Below the pieces are notes generated by a model, which saw only the letters and a program-made list of their open reading frames with translations, did no database searches and was not told the DNA's origin. Below are positions 47,475 through 57,486 of a stretch of 64,000 nt of DNA, piece after piece (the first letter of the stretch is position 1; each line of letters begins with the position of its first letter). Source of the stretch: an uncultured Planctomycetia bacterium (lineage in GTDB: Bacteria > Omnitrophota > Gorgyraeia > JABMRN01 > RBG-13-46-9); the NCBI GenBank assembly GCA_964440235.1, contig CAYTQI010000001.1, positions 31,444 through 95,443 of the forward strand, read 5' to 3'. The position numbers and the translations under genes were made by a program.

Positions 47475-48470
47475 TTAAAAGTAAGCTTCATAAAGATCGA
47501 TTATTTTTGTAATGATTTTACGGACGGGATTTTTGTCTGCATTGACGTTTTTATATTCACGGGCCCTGCGCGTTATAAGGCCGATGGTCGCTGTGTGAAT
47601 AATAGCGTCCTGCGAATTCAGGTTAAAACCGGCTTTTCGCACGATACCGATTCTGGCGGGAACATTAAACCGGCTACCCGCCTCTTCGATTACACCGTTC
47701 GGCAGAGCGCCGGGGCCGGTTAAAACGAGCGAGGAAAAAGCTAACTTTTCGGGGTTAAAGGCACCGGCGGGCCAATCCGGCACAACCTCAAAGTTTCGCA
47801 GAATATTGCCCTTAAAAATAAGGGTTTCGGCAAAAGAATTCCCGATGTCAGCGAAAAGTACGCCTCTGGATTTTTCCTCCGCGCTTAAAATACAACCGGC
47901 GGAGGCAGTACATGAAAGGTATACGCCCTCAACTAGAAAACCGGCGTGGTCCACGCACTTTATGATGCTCTGAATTTTAGAATGATTCGCGGTTGCCGCG
48001 AAAATTTCGGCTTCAAGTTTTATCCCATAAAGCCCGACGGGATCCCTGATTCCGGTCGGAGCGCCGTCTATGTAAAATCGCTTTACGATCCTTTCCACGC
48101 AAATCCTGCCTGCGGGAAGCGCCAGCATAGCTGCTATTTTCAGGCATTTCCTCACGTCTTTCGCCGTGATCTGCCGCGGTATCCCGGAAAGCGGCACCAT
48201 CCCCCGCGCCGGGATCATTTTTATGTCCGCCCCGCCGATCGTGACCATTACGTTTTTCGGTTTTTTACCCGAACGGCTCTGAATTTTACGCATCAATCCG
48301 GATATATCCCTGACGGTTTTATTTAAACTGGTTACACCGCCGCCGTTTATGCCGTTAGAGTCAGCGTTTTCCAGCGCCAAAAGTTTTACACGGCCGTCGG
48401 GTGTTATCTCCGCCATGGCGGCGGCCAACCCGCGCGAACCCAGATCCAACACTGTGATTATCTTACTCAT
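47475..48470 (-). CDS. ftsA: Cell division protein FtsA, a compact 331-aa form
   Basis: Alignable by eye to FtsA across domains 1A/1C/2A (VLDLGSRGLAAAMAEITPDGRVKLL; GINGGGVTSL; DPVGLYGIKLEAEI; LFADIGNSFAE; LVLTGPGALPNG...RIG). It has a C-terminal amphipathic tail. The 2B-region is shortened. Confidence 0.75.
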   Translation of the reverse strand: MSKIITVLDLGSRGLAAAMAEITPDGRVKLLALENADSNGINGGGVTSLNKTVRDISGLMRKIQSRSGKKPKNVMVTIGGADIKMIPARGMVPLSGIPRQITAKDVRKCLKIAAMLALPAGRICVERIVKRFYIDGAPTGIRDPVGLYGIKLEAEIFAATANHSKIQSIIKCVDHAGFLVEGVYLSCTASAGCILSAEEKSRGVLFADIGNSFAETLIFKGNILRNFEVVPDWPAGAFNPEKLAFSSLVLTGPGALPNGVIEEAGSRFNVPARIGIVRKAGFNLNSQDAIIHTATIGLITRRAREYKNVNADKNPVRKIITKIIDLYEAYF

Positions 48471-48522
48471 ATAGCCAAATTTTGCTCCGGCGTTTCTTAA
48501 TCAGCCGCCGGACATCCTTACG

Positions 48523-49332
48523 TTATTTCGGCCCGATCACGACGCCGTCAAACCGAAGGTCCAGATATTCTATATTTTCCGTGTCCAGTCCGGCATCGGC
48601 AAGCGTAACTTTTAATTTACGCAGCCTTTCGGGAAAATCCTCGCCTCCTATTTTAACCTCAATACCATTATCGAGGTGAAAAGAAAGGTTCCTGTAATTA
48701 GACGCGTCAATCGTGGTTATCCCGTGATCCGTCGAAACCGACGTTTCGTTTATCGCCGTTATGAGCCTTACGGTGTTTTCAAGTTGTTTGCCTGTAAGCC
48801 GCTCGCCGGTTGACGGAGCGCGCCACATAGAAAAACCGGTTATAACAGGCATCCTTCCGCTTTTTATGTCCCTCTCCAAAACCATACCGGTTTCATCCAT
48901 CGGGAAATATCCGCGGCGATTTTTTATTTTAGCGATCGGTAACCGCGGGATAATATTTATCTCGATCCGGTTCGGCATGATCCTCCGTACAACGGCTTTT
49001 TTTATAACGGGGTAACTGCTTTCAATTCTCGACGCAAGGGCCGATATGTCAATATCAAAAATGTTCCGTCCGATATTCATCTGCAGGGAACCGTCGCTCT
49101 TGAGTCCCGCGGCGGCATGCCTAACATCGATAACTTCCACGCTATCCAGTTTGAAATAACGCGAATTTCTTACCGCGAATACCGAAGCGGCGATAATCGC
49201 GAAAATAAAAACTGCGAACAAAATTTTTTTTGTCGGTGTTTTCTTTTCTTCTTTTATCTTTACTTCTTTTTTTGTTTTCTTTTTATTACCCCTCGCCATT
49301 CTCTTTCCCCTTTCTTTCATGCGCCAGATCAA
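48523..49332 (-). CDS. ftsQ: Cell division protein FtsQ/DivIB (POTRA). The true start is probably an internal Met at 49320 or 49299
   Basis: Lys-rich cytoplasmic N-terminus, single TM, POTRA-like LDSVEVIDVRH..., and its position between ddl and ftsA. Confidence 0.7.
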   Translation of the reverse strand: MIWRMKERGKRMARGNKKKTKKEVKIKEEKKTPTKKILFAVFIFAIIAASVFAVRNSRYFKLDSVEVIDVRHAAAGLKSDGSLQMNIGRNIFDIDISALASRIESSYPVIKKAVVRRIMPNRIEINIIPRLPIAKIKNRRGYFPMDETGMVLERDIKSGRMPVITGFSMWRAPSTGERLTGKQLENTVRLITAINETSVSTDHGITTIDASNYRNLSFHLDNGIEVKIGGEDFPERLRKLKVTLADAGLDTENIEYLDLRFDGVVIGPK

Positions 49333-50239
49333 TAAGTTTCACGCATAAATCCTCAAAGCTTATGCCGGCGGCCATCGCCGACTTGGGCATGAGGCTTCGT
49401 TCGGTCATGCCGGGAATTGTGTTAACCTCTAGAATGTAAATATTGCCGTCACGGTCCATTCTCATGTCAACCCTCGAAAAATCCCTGCAGCCGAGAATCC
49501 TGTGTGCCCTGAGCGCGAATTCCTGCGCCCGGGCGAATTCATCATCCTCGAGCGGCGCCGGGACAATGTATCCCGTCCCTTTATCCAGGTATTTTGCCTC
49601 AAAATCGTACGAGTCGCGGCCGGTAATAATTTCCACGACGGGCAGCGCCTTCTCCTCTAAAATGCCCACGGTCAGCTCCCTGCCGTGTATAAATTCCTCC
49701 ACAATCGCCTCCCCGCCGTAGCCGAAGGCCATGTCCAGTGCCGAATCTATGCGCGCCCTGTCGTTCACTATGGAAAGCCCTATACTTGAACCTTCGCGAC
49801 GCGGTTTTATCACAAGCGGCGTAGTAAATTCATCGCACGTGTATTCCGCGCCGGCGCCGGATTTAGCGGCCTTGTAAGAAGGTACCCGTAAACCGTTTTT
49901 TAAAAAAAGCTCTTTGGAGGCAAGCTTGTCCAGCGCGAGCCGTGAGGCGCCCGCTCCGGATCCCGTATAAGGAACACGGGCTTTTTCAAGAATCGATTGT
50001 ACTGTTCCGTCTTCCCCGAAACGGCCGTGCAGGGCAAGAAAAACAATGTCAGCGCCCGTTTTCCTCAAGGCGCTGCCCGCGTCACTTCCGATGTCAACAA
50101 GTTCCGCGTCTAACTTCTTCTTTGTAAGGGCCCCTGAGACCGCAAGCCCGCTTTGCAGGCTGATTTCGCGTTCGCTGGAAAACCCTCCGGCGAATACAGC
50201 GATTTTACCGTATTTTTTTGTATTTTGCCGTTCCTTCAT
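49286..50239 (-). CDS. ddl: D-alanine--D-alanine ligase
   Basis: ATP-grasp fold. KIAVFAGGFSSEREISLQSG, ...FLALHGRFGEDGTVQ..., and C-terminal YILEVNTIPGMTE. Confidence 0.85.
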   Translation of the reverse strand: MKERQNTKKYGKIAVFAGGFSSEREISLQSGLAVSGALTKKKLDAELVDIGSDAGSALRKTGADIVFLALHGRFGEDGTVQSILEKARVPYTGSGAGASRLALDKLASKELFLKNGLRVPSYKAAKSGAGAEYTCDEFTTPLVIKPRREGSSIGLSIVNDRARIDSALDMAFGYGGEAIVEEFIHGRELTVGILEEKALPVVEIITGRDSYDFEAKYLDKGTGYIVPAPLEDDEFARAQEFALRAHRILGCRDFSRVDMRMDRDGNIYILEVNTIPGMTERSLMPKSAMAAGISFEDLCVKLIDLAHERKGKENGEG

Positions 50240-50319
50240 AAAAATACAATACTCAAATCAATGTTAAGCTTTTGAAAAATTTTGTTTATTTGAAAATATA
50301 CGCCGCCTGCGCGCCCGGC

Positions 50320-51276
50320 TTAATTCAGTATAACAATCTCGGGAATAAGCTCAATCTTAAATTTGGTTTTAACGCTTTTCCTTATAAGACGCGCGAGCCG
50401 AATAACATCGCGCGCTTTCGCCTGCCCGGTGTTAATTATAAAATTAGCGTGCTTTTCCGAAACCATTGCCCCGCCTATTTTTTTACCCTTGAACCCGAGC
50501 ATGTCAATATAACGCGCCGCCGGAAGCGCCCCTTCGGGATTTCTAAAAACACATCCTGCGCAGGCCGAAGCAAGCGGCTGGTTAGAACTCTTGGCCCTCA
50601 AAAACCTGTTTTTGGCCTCCATCAGTTTTTTTTTATCTGTTTTCCTCAGGCCAAAACTCGCTTCCAGTATTATATAACCATCGAGGCCCGAATGTCGATA
50701 ATTAAATTTTATTTTTTTGCCGCCATAAAATTTCTCCGGGCACGATTCCGTGAAAATCCGCGAAGATTTTTCCGTAAGATTTTCTTCGCGCGACTTTTTT
50801 AACGCAAAAGTCCTCCCGCTTTTTATATCCATCACGCGGACGGATTCCAGCCGATCCGCTACCCGGTCCGCGTAACCAGCATTCATAAAAATCGCGCCTC
50901 CGAGCGTTCCCGGAATACCGGTAAGGCCTTCAATACCCCCAAGCCCCTTTCTACAGGCAAGGTTAATGATCTTTTCTAACGGCAGCCCGGCGCCGGCAAT
51001 TACCTTAGTTCCGGTAAAACGCAATTTACTGAAATAACCCGACCGCAGGCAGATAACTATTCCGTTCAGTCTTTTATCGGGTGCCAGAATATTGCTTCCC
51101 ATACCGATTATAAATATTTTTTTCTTTTTCGAAGCGGCTAATTTCAGGATTTTTTTTAATTCCCGCTCGTCACGCGGCTCAACCCATGCCCTGCACGGCC
51201 CGCCGATACGAAACGTGGTATGGGCGGAAAGCGGCTCCTGAAGAAATACTTTACCTTTTATCGCGGCAAATGTCAT
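50320..51276 (-). CDS. murB: UDP-N-acetylenolpyruvoylglucosamine reductase
   Basis: FAD-binding PCMH N-domain (TFRIGGP...IIGMGSNIL) and a MurB C-terminal domain. Confidence 0.85.
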   Translation of the reverse strand: MTFAAIKGKVFLQEPLSAHTTFRIGGPCRAWVEPRDERELKKILKLAASKKKKIFIIGMGSNILAPDKRLNGIVICLRSGYFSKLRFTGTKVIAGAGLPLEKIINLACRKGLGGIEGLTGIPGTLGGAIFMNAGYADRVADRLESVRVMDIKSGRTFALKKSREENLTEKSSRIFTESCPEKFYGGKKIKFNYRHSGLDGYIILEASFGLRKTDKKKLMEAKNRFLRAKSSNQPLASACAGCVFRNPEGALPAARYIDMLGFKGKKIGGAMVSEKHANFIINTGQAKARDVIRLARLIRKSVKTKFKIELIPEIVILN

Positions 51277-52618
51277 GCGCTATTTTTCCTATGTTGCCCG
51301 CGCCCAGGACAAGGGCAATATCCCCTTCCGAAAGTTTTTCGGAAAGGTAGGCGCGTATCTCGCCTGTCTCCATCAGCCGGACGGGAATGGATCGCCTTTT
51401 TTTCATGATTTCGCATATTCTCAGTGAGCTTGCGCCTTCTATTTTGTCTTCCGAGGCGGGATAAACCTCCGCCAGGATAACTTCATCGGAACCTTCAAAG
51501 GAACCGGAAAATTCCTTATAAAAAGACTTTGTCCTCGTATAACGATGCGGCTGAAATACGGTTATAAGCCTTCTCGGTTTAAGCGAACACGCCGCCGAAA
51601 TAGTTGCTTTTATTTCCGTGGGGTGATGGGCGTAATCCTCAATGATACTGGCGCCGTTAACGTTTCCTATAACCTCAAACCTTCTCTTTACGCCCCTGTA
51701 TGAGGCTATCGCCCGGATCATTCTGCCGGCATCGATTTTAAGTTCCGCGCCGAGTGAAATCGCCGCTAACGCGTTTGAGATATTATGCCTGCCGGGTAAA
51801 TTTACGGTAAAACGCCCGATCTCGGTTTTTCCGAGAAAACAATCAAATTCAGTCCTGAATATTTCCGTTTTTATGTTTCCCGCCGAGACAAAAGCATTTT
51901 TAGAAAACCCGAAACTCACGGCCCTGTTTTTAAATTTTTTTAACAACTTTTTTAAATTTAAATCTTCAAAGCCGTAAAAAAATCTGCATCCTGGCGATTG
52001 CGATAAAAAAAATCGCTCAAAGGTTTTCAAAAGACGCCTCTCATCCCCGTAGTGTTCAAGATGTTCACGCTCGAGATTCGGAATAATCGCATGCGTAAGC
52101 CCCGTAAGATGTACCAGGCGGCCGTCGCTTTCATCCACCTCGGCTACAAGCGTACCGCTTTTTCCGAGTTTTGCGTTGCCTGCGAAATGCGGCGATTCGC
52201 CTCCGATAAGGGCCGTGGGGTCAAAACCCGCCTCCTCAAGAAGATGCGCCGTCATTGCCGTAATGGTCGTCTTTCCGTGGGTACCCGTAATTCCGATAAC
52301 CCTTTCATACTTTTCCATGACCATTTTTAAAAGTTCCGTACGGGAAATCACTTTCGTCCGGTTTTTACGGGCCTGTAGAATCTCGGGGTTATCCGCGCGG
52401 ATACTCGAGGAAAATACCACAAGGTCCCTATCATTCACGCGGGAGGCGTTATGCCCCACGCCTATAGCCATGCCTTTACCGCGCAATTTCTTTATTATAT
52501 CATTTTCTTCGATATCCGAGCCGGTTACGCTATATCCGGTCTCGTCCAGGATAAGCGCGAGCGCGCTCATTCCAATCCCGCCTACGCCGATCATGTGGAT
52601 AGAAACAGGTTTTGTCAT
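51251..52618 (-). CDS. murC: UDP-N-acetylmuramate--L-alanine ligase
   Basis: IHMIGVGGIGMSALA, GITGTHGKTTITAM (Mur ligase P-loop). Confidence 0.9.
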   Translation of the reverse strand: MTKPVSIHMIGVGGIGMSALALILDETGYSVTGSDIEENDIIKKLRGKGMAIGVGHNASRVNDRDLVVFSSSIRADNPEILQARKNRTKVISRTELLKMVMEKYERVIGITGTHGKTTITAMTAHLLEEAGFDPTALIGGESPHFAGNAKLGKSGTLVAEVDESDGRLVHLTGLTHAIIPNLEREHLEHYGDERRLLKTFERFFLSQSPGCRFFYGFEDLNLKKLLKKFKNRAVSFGFSKNAFVSAGNIKTEIFRTEFDCFLGKTEIGRFTVNLPGRHNISNALAAISLGAELKIDAGRMIRAIASYRGVKRRFEVIGNVNGASIIEDYAHHPTEIKATISAACSLKPRRLITVFQPHRYTRTKSFYKEFSGSFEGSDEVILAEVYPASEDKIEGASSLRICEIMKKRRSIPVRLMETGEIRAYLSEKLSEGDIALVLGAGNIGKIAHDICRDKR

Positions 52619-53718
52619 GACACCGCCCCCGATGGCGAAACCTGTTTCCAGACAAGCTCCGCTAATTTCCTGGCTCCGTCAACAACGCTCAGTTTTCCCG
52701 CGTTCTCGGAAAGTTCCCGGCGCCTGACGGGGTTGTCAACGAGATCCTCTATCAGGCCCCGCAGCTCTTCCGGCCGCAGGTTTTTTTCATCCCTGTAGAT
52801 CGCGGCGTTCCTTTCCGCGAAATAAAGCGCGTTAAAACGCTGGTTATTCTTTTCTCCCGGGAAAGGTATGAGAATCATCGGCTTTTTGAATGCGGCTATC
52901 TCAAAAACCGCCGCGGCTCCCGAGCGGCTGATCACTATGTCGCTGGCGCTGTACGCCTCGTTTATGTTCAACAAAAACGTATACACCCGGGCGCGTATGC
53001 CGTCTTCGTCATAATGTTTTTGTATCTCACCTGTTTTTTTCATCCCGGCGATATGAATGATCTGTAAACGCTTTTTTTTCGCCTCCGTAAAAAGCGCCGC
53101 GCTCTCACTAACCAGCCTGTTAAGTGAACTCGCGCCCTGGCTCCCGCCCATGACAAGCACAGTTAACCTGCCGGCATCAAGCTTAAAATCCCCGAACCTG
53201 TCTGTTCCGGTTTTTTTAAGGCTCTCTTCCCTGAGTGGATTCCCGGTGATAATTATATTTCTGTTGGAAAAATATTTTCCCGTTTCGGGAAAACTCAACG
53301 CTACCGATCCTGCGAATCTGTCGAGAAGCCTGTTTGTCCTGCCCGGTATCACGTTCTGCTCATGAATCACGGTCTTTGCCTTCATAAAAGACGCCAGCAT
53401 CACGATTTCACCGGAAGTATACCCGCCGAAACCGATAACCGCCTCCGGCCTGTATCTGACAATAACGGCAAAAGACGCGAACAGGTCCAGCGCCAGCTTA
53501 AAAATAAAACCAAACACGCCGGGTCCGAATTTATAGGGCATGGGATTGACGGATAAAAATATCTTTTTATAGGGCTCTTTTTCAAGTATTGCCCTGTCGA
53601 GGCGCCTTCTTGAGGCGACAAAAATTATTTCGGCGCCTCTTTTTTTCAATTCCCTGGCCAGGGAAATAGCCGGAAAAATATGCCCTCCGCTTCCTCCGGA
53701 GGCAATTAATATTTTCAC
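52615..53718 (-). CDS. murG: Undecaprenyl-PP-MurNAc-pentapeptide UDP-GlcNAc transferase
   Basis: MKILIASGGSGGHIFPAI N-terminus and the GT-B fold of GT28. Confidence 0.9.
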   Translation of the reverse strand: MKILIASGGSGGHIFPAISLARELKKRGAEIIFVASRRRLDRAILEKEPYKKIFLSVNPMPYKFGPGVFGFIFKLALDLFASFAVIVRYRPEAVIGFGGYTSGEIVMLASFMKAKTVIHEQNVIPGRTNRLLDRFAGSVALSFPETGKYFSNRNIIITGNPLREESLKKTGTDRFGDFKLDAGRLTVLVMGGSQGASSLNRLVSESAALFTEAKKKRLQIIHIAGMKKTGEIQKHYDEDGIRARVYTFLLNINEAYSASDIVISRSGAAAVFEIAAFKKPMILIPFPGEKNNQRFNALYFAERNAAIYRDEKNLRPEELRGLIEDLVDNPVRRRELSENAGKLSVVDGARKLAELVWKQVSPSGAVS

Positions 53719-53788
53719 GTTACACTCCGTTTGCTTTTTTTCAAAATTCAGCTTTTAAATTTTTTCGCGCCCGCCTATCCGCGGCCCG

Positions 53789-54877
53789 CTAATTTTCTTC
53801 CCTCATCGCGTTCAGCAAAAGTCCGATGGCGGCCATGTGAAATACAAGCGACGAACCGCCGTAACTCACCAGGGGAAGCGGCAGGCCTTTCGCGGGAAAA
53901 GCGCCCGTGTTCACGCCTATGTTGACCAGCGCTTCCAGGCCTATCATGCCCGTTATGCCTAATATGAGAATTTTATTGAACGGGCGGTGAACCTTAAAAA
54001 ACGCCCTCATACCCTGCCACACAAAAACGGCAAACAACATAATAACGCAGATCGCGCCGGCAAAACCAAGCTCTTCGCCTATTATTGAGAAAATAAAATC
54101 CGTATGGGATTCGGGAAGATAGAAAAGCTTCTGTTTCGACTGCCCGAGGCCTACGCCCATGAGACCGCCGGAACCGAGCGCGATAAGCGACTGGACGATC
54201 TGAAACCCTGTACTTTCCGCGTCCCGCCACGGATTCAGGAATATCATCATTCTCCTGCGCCGGTACGGCACGCTGAATACCATGTAATACAAAAACGGGA
54301 TTCCGAGAAGCGCTGTCGTTATCAGATGCCCGAGATTCGCGCCTGAAATAAAAACAATGAGTAGCCCTACAATAGCGATTGAAACAGAGGTCCCAAAATC
54401 CGGCTGTATGAGAATGAGGGCGCTTGTCAGCAAAATCACCGTGACGGCCGGAATATACCCCTGGAACAGATCTTTTATCCTGTAGCCCTTCCTACTTACG
54501 AATGAGGCCAGGTATACCACAATGGCGAACTTCGCGAATTCAGACGGCTGAAAACTTATCAGGTTCGCGATTCTGAACCACCGCCGCGCGCCCCGCACCG
54601 AAACGCCAATACCCGGAACCAGGACCGCCAGAAGCAGCAAAATCGCCGCCAGCATCAAGATTCGCGCTGATTTCTCTACTTTCGCGAGTCGCACAGACAT
54701 AGCGCAAAACATTAAAACAAAACCGGCAAGCAAGAACCACATGTGTTTTTTTAAAAAAAACGCGGCGTCGCCGCTATTTTCATACGCGTACATCGCGCTC
54801 GAGGAATAAAGCATGACAACGCCTATCGCGATAAGCGTAAGCGAGACGGTAAAGATTGACCTTCTTATTTCAGGCAT
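53789..54877 (-). CDS. ftsW: SEDS-family cell division protein FtsW
   Basis: 10-TM FtsW/RodA family. Assigned as FtsW by its position between murD and murG. Confidence 0.85.
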   Translation of the reverse strand: MPEIRRSIFTVSLTLIAIGVVMLYSSSAMYAYENSGDAAFFLKKHMWFLLAGFVLMFCAMSVRLAKVEKSARILMLAAILLLLAVLVPGIGVSVRGARRWFRIANLISFQPSEFAKFAIVVYLASFVSRKGYRIKDLFQGYIPAVTVILLTSALILIQPDFGTSVSIAIVGLLIVFISGANLGHLITTALLGIPFLYYMVFSVPYRRRRMMIFLNPWRDAESTGFQIVQSLIALGSGGLMGVGLGQSKQKLFYLPESHTDFIFSIIGEELGFAGAICVIMLFAVFVWQGMRAFFKVHRPFNKILILGITGMIGLEALVNIGVNTGAFPAKGLPLPLVSYGGSSLVFHMAAIGLLLNAMREEN

Positions 54878-56259
54878 TTTTTAACTTCTTTACGGCTTTT
54901 TAACTTCTTTACGGATTCACGAAACACCCCGCCCCGGTGCCTGTAATCAGTGAACATATCAAAGCTTGAGCACATCGGCGAAAGAAGCACGCAATCTCCC
55001 GGAGAAGCGCTTTCGTGGGCGGCGAAAACCGCCTCTTCAAGCGAACCCTTCTCCTCGACTTCCACATATTTTTTAAAAATTCCGCGCATTTTTACGCGTG
55101 CCTCGCCTATCAGAAAAATTTTCTTCACGTTTTTTTTCAATACACGCGCCAGTTTTTCATAAGGAAGGTTTTTATCTTTTCCGCCGGCTATAAGAATAAC
55201 ATTTTTCCCGGCCGCCTCTAGCGCGCGGCAGGCCGAATCCACGTTTGTCGCTTTGGAATCATCGATAAAATCAACACCGCCCAATTTTTCTATGACTTCA
55301 AACCTGTGCGCAAGCGGGGTAAAATGTTTCACGGCCTTTTCCGCGGAAACGCGGTCCGCTCCGATTAAGACCGCCGCCAGCACCGCCGCCAGAATATTCT
55401 CTGTATTATGAGCGCCTTTAAGAAGAGTGCCTTTAATGCCAAAAAGCCGCTTTGTCTTATTTTTCAGGAACGTCTTTACCGCTCCGTTCTCAAGATACGC
55501 GCCTTTAACTTTTTTCCCGGCGCTAAAATAAAGGGGCCGCGCCGCTGTTCCGGCTTCGCCTAATTCCCGTAAATTAACGTCATCGTAATTCAACAGGATA
55601 ATATCGCCTTTCCGCTGATTTTTAAATATATTTTTTTTCGCCGCGAGATAATCCCTGAAACCGTCATACCTGTCCATGTGGTCTTCGCTAACATTGAGTA
55701 TAACCGAGATTTTCGGCCTGAAAAAAACCGTGCGCTCAAGCTGAAATGAGCTTGCCTCGAGGACCACTACCGTGTTTTTTGTGATGCTTCCCGGGCCGGA
55801 AGCACACAATTCCCCCGAGAGGGAATTGCCGATATTTCCGCACACCACGGCAGGAATCCCGGCCGCGCGCAGAATACCGCCGATAAGGGAAACCACGGTG
55901 GATTTTCCGTTCGTACCCGTGACAGCCACAATAGGCGCTTCACAGAAATTATATCCCAGCTCCAGTTCGCTTATCGCCGGGACGCTATTCTTTTTCGCGT
56001 AGCGAAGAGGCAGCGCAGAATCCTCTATGCCCGGGCTTACCACAAACAGCTCTGTTCCTTTCAGGAATTCCTCGGTATGAGCGCCTATTTCCGTATCAAC
56101 ATATTTCTTTTTAAGAAGCTTCGCGTTTTTTCTCACGGCGACGGTATCAGAGCTGTCCGTAACCGAAACAATGGCGCCTTTTGAATATAAAAGAAGCGCG
56201 CTGCCTATGCCGCTATTCCCGAGCCCGACTACCGTAACTTTTTTATTGCGAAGATCCAT
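54865..56259 (-). CDS. murD: UDP-N-acetylmuramoylalanine--D-glutamate ligase
   Basis: VTVVGLGNSGIGSA Rossmann N-domain, VTGTNGKST P-loop. Confidence 0.9.
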   Translation of the reverse strand: MDLRNKKVTVVGLGNSGIGSALLLYSKGAIVSVTDSSDTVAVRKNAKLLKKKYVDTEIGAHTEEFLKGTELFVVSPGIEDSALPLRYAKKNSVPAISELELGYNFCEAPIVAVTGTNGKSTVVSLIGGILRAAGIPAVVCGNIGNSLSGELCASGPGSITKNTVVVLEASSFQLERTVFFRPKISVILNVSEDHMDRYDGFRDYLAAKKNIFKNQRKGDIILLNYDDVNLRELGEAGTAARPLYFSAGKKVKGAYLENGAVKTFLKNKTKRLFGIKGTLLKGAHNTENILAAVLAAVLIGADRVSAEKAVKHFTPLAHRFEVIEKLGGVDFIDDSKATNVDSACRALEAAGKNVILIAGGKDKNLPYEKLARVLKKNVKKIFLIGEARVKMRGIFKKYVEVEEKGSLEEAVFAAHESASPGDCVLLSPMCSSFDMFTDYRHRGGVFRESVKKLKSRKEVKKCLK

Positions 56260-56329
56260 TTCTACCGTTTGTCGCCTTATTCAGTATACGAATTTCACGC
56301 TTTATTTCGCGGAGCCATCCGCAGGATCA

Positions 56330-57418
56330 TTACATTAACTTCAGCGTTGCCAGGCCAAACAGCGCCAGCAGGACCCCCACTATCCAGAAACGCACGGTGA
56401 TTTTAGGTTCCGGCCATCCCAGAAGCTGCAAATGATGGTGCAGCGGAGCCATCAGAAAAATACGCTTTCTGTAAAGCCTGAAAGATGCGACCTGCATAAT
56501 CACGCTTAAAACTTCCGCGACAAATATTCCGCCCACGATAAGGAGGAGTATCTCTTTTTTTATCAAAACGCTCACGATACCGATCGCCCCTCCCAGAGGC
56601 AGCGACCCCGTATCGCCCATAAAAATAGTCGCCGGATATGAATTAAACCATAAAAATCCCATTCCCGCCCCCACTATAGTGGCGCAAAATACCGTAAGCT
56701 CGCCGCTTCCTGCAAGGTAGTAAATATTAAGATATCCGCTGAAGTCCAGATGGCCCGTCAGGTAGCTTATTATGCTGTAACTAAACGCTATGAAACATAC
56801 GCAGCCGATCGCCAGCCCGTCCAATCCGTCCGTTATGTTTACGGCATTGCTCGTACCGACAATAACCAGAACAATAAATAAAATATAAAGCGCGCCCAGG
56901 TTAAAAAGCGCGTGTTTTAAAAACGGCACGTAAAAAGCGGTTGAAAAATCAGGATTAAAATAGAGGTACAACGCCACGCCTATTCCCAGAATAAGCTGCC
57001 CGGTGAATTTTGCCGCCGCGCTTAATCCGAGGGATTTTAGCTTGATCAGCTTTATGTAATCATCGATGAAACCGACTATGCCAAGCCAGAGAACGCTTAT
57101 GAGGCAAAGTATGATAAATGGATTGTCAAGACGGGCCCATAGAAGCGTGCAAATAAGCATGGCCAGTATGATAACTATACCGCCCATCGTCGGGGTCCCC
57201 TCTTTGTGTTTGTGCAGCTCATAAAGGCCCTCGACATGCTCTTTTCTCGGAGACTCGCCTATTTTCATCCGGGAAAGTTTTCTGATGATAATCGGGCCTA
57301 TCAAGACGCTTAAGGCGAAGGCCGTTATACTCGCCATCGCCGCGCGGAAAGTAATATACCGAAACACGTTAAAACCAAACCATAGATCCTTAAGGGGATA
57401 GAGTAAATAATATAACAT
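56330..57418 (-). CDS. mraY: Phospho-N-acetylmuramoyl-pentapeptide transferase
   Basis: 10-TM. NAVNITDGLDGLA and FMGDTGSLPLGG motifs. Confidence 0.9.
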   Translation of the reverse strand: MLYYLLYPLKDLWFGFNVFRYITFRAAMASITAFALSVLIGPIIIRKLSRMKIGESPRKEHVEGLYELHKHKEGTPTMGGIVIILAMLICTLLWARLDNPFIILCLISVLWLGIVGFIDDYIKLIKLKSLGLSAAAKFTGQLILGIGVALYLYFNPDFSTAFYVPFLKHALFNLGALYILFIVLVIVGTSNAVNITDGLDGLAIGCVCFIAFSYSIISYLTGHLDFSGYLNIYYLAGSGELTVFCATIVGAGMGFLWFNSYPATIFMGDTGSLPLGGAIGIVSVLIKKEILLLIVGGIFVAEVLSVIMQVASFRLYRKRIFLMAPLHHHLQLLGWPEPKITVRFWIVGVLLALFGLATLKLM

Positions 57419-57486
57419 GATTTTCCGCGTTACTCAGCTGATAGGCGTTCCGGCGGACAGACTGTCTCGCTTTCGCCCTCCATAAG

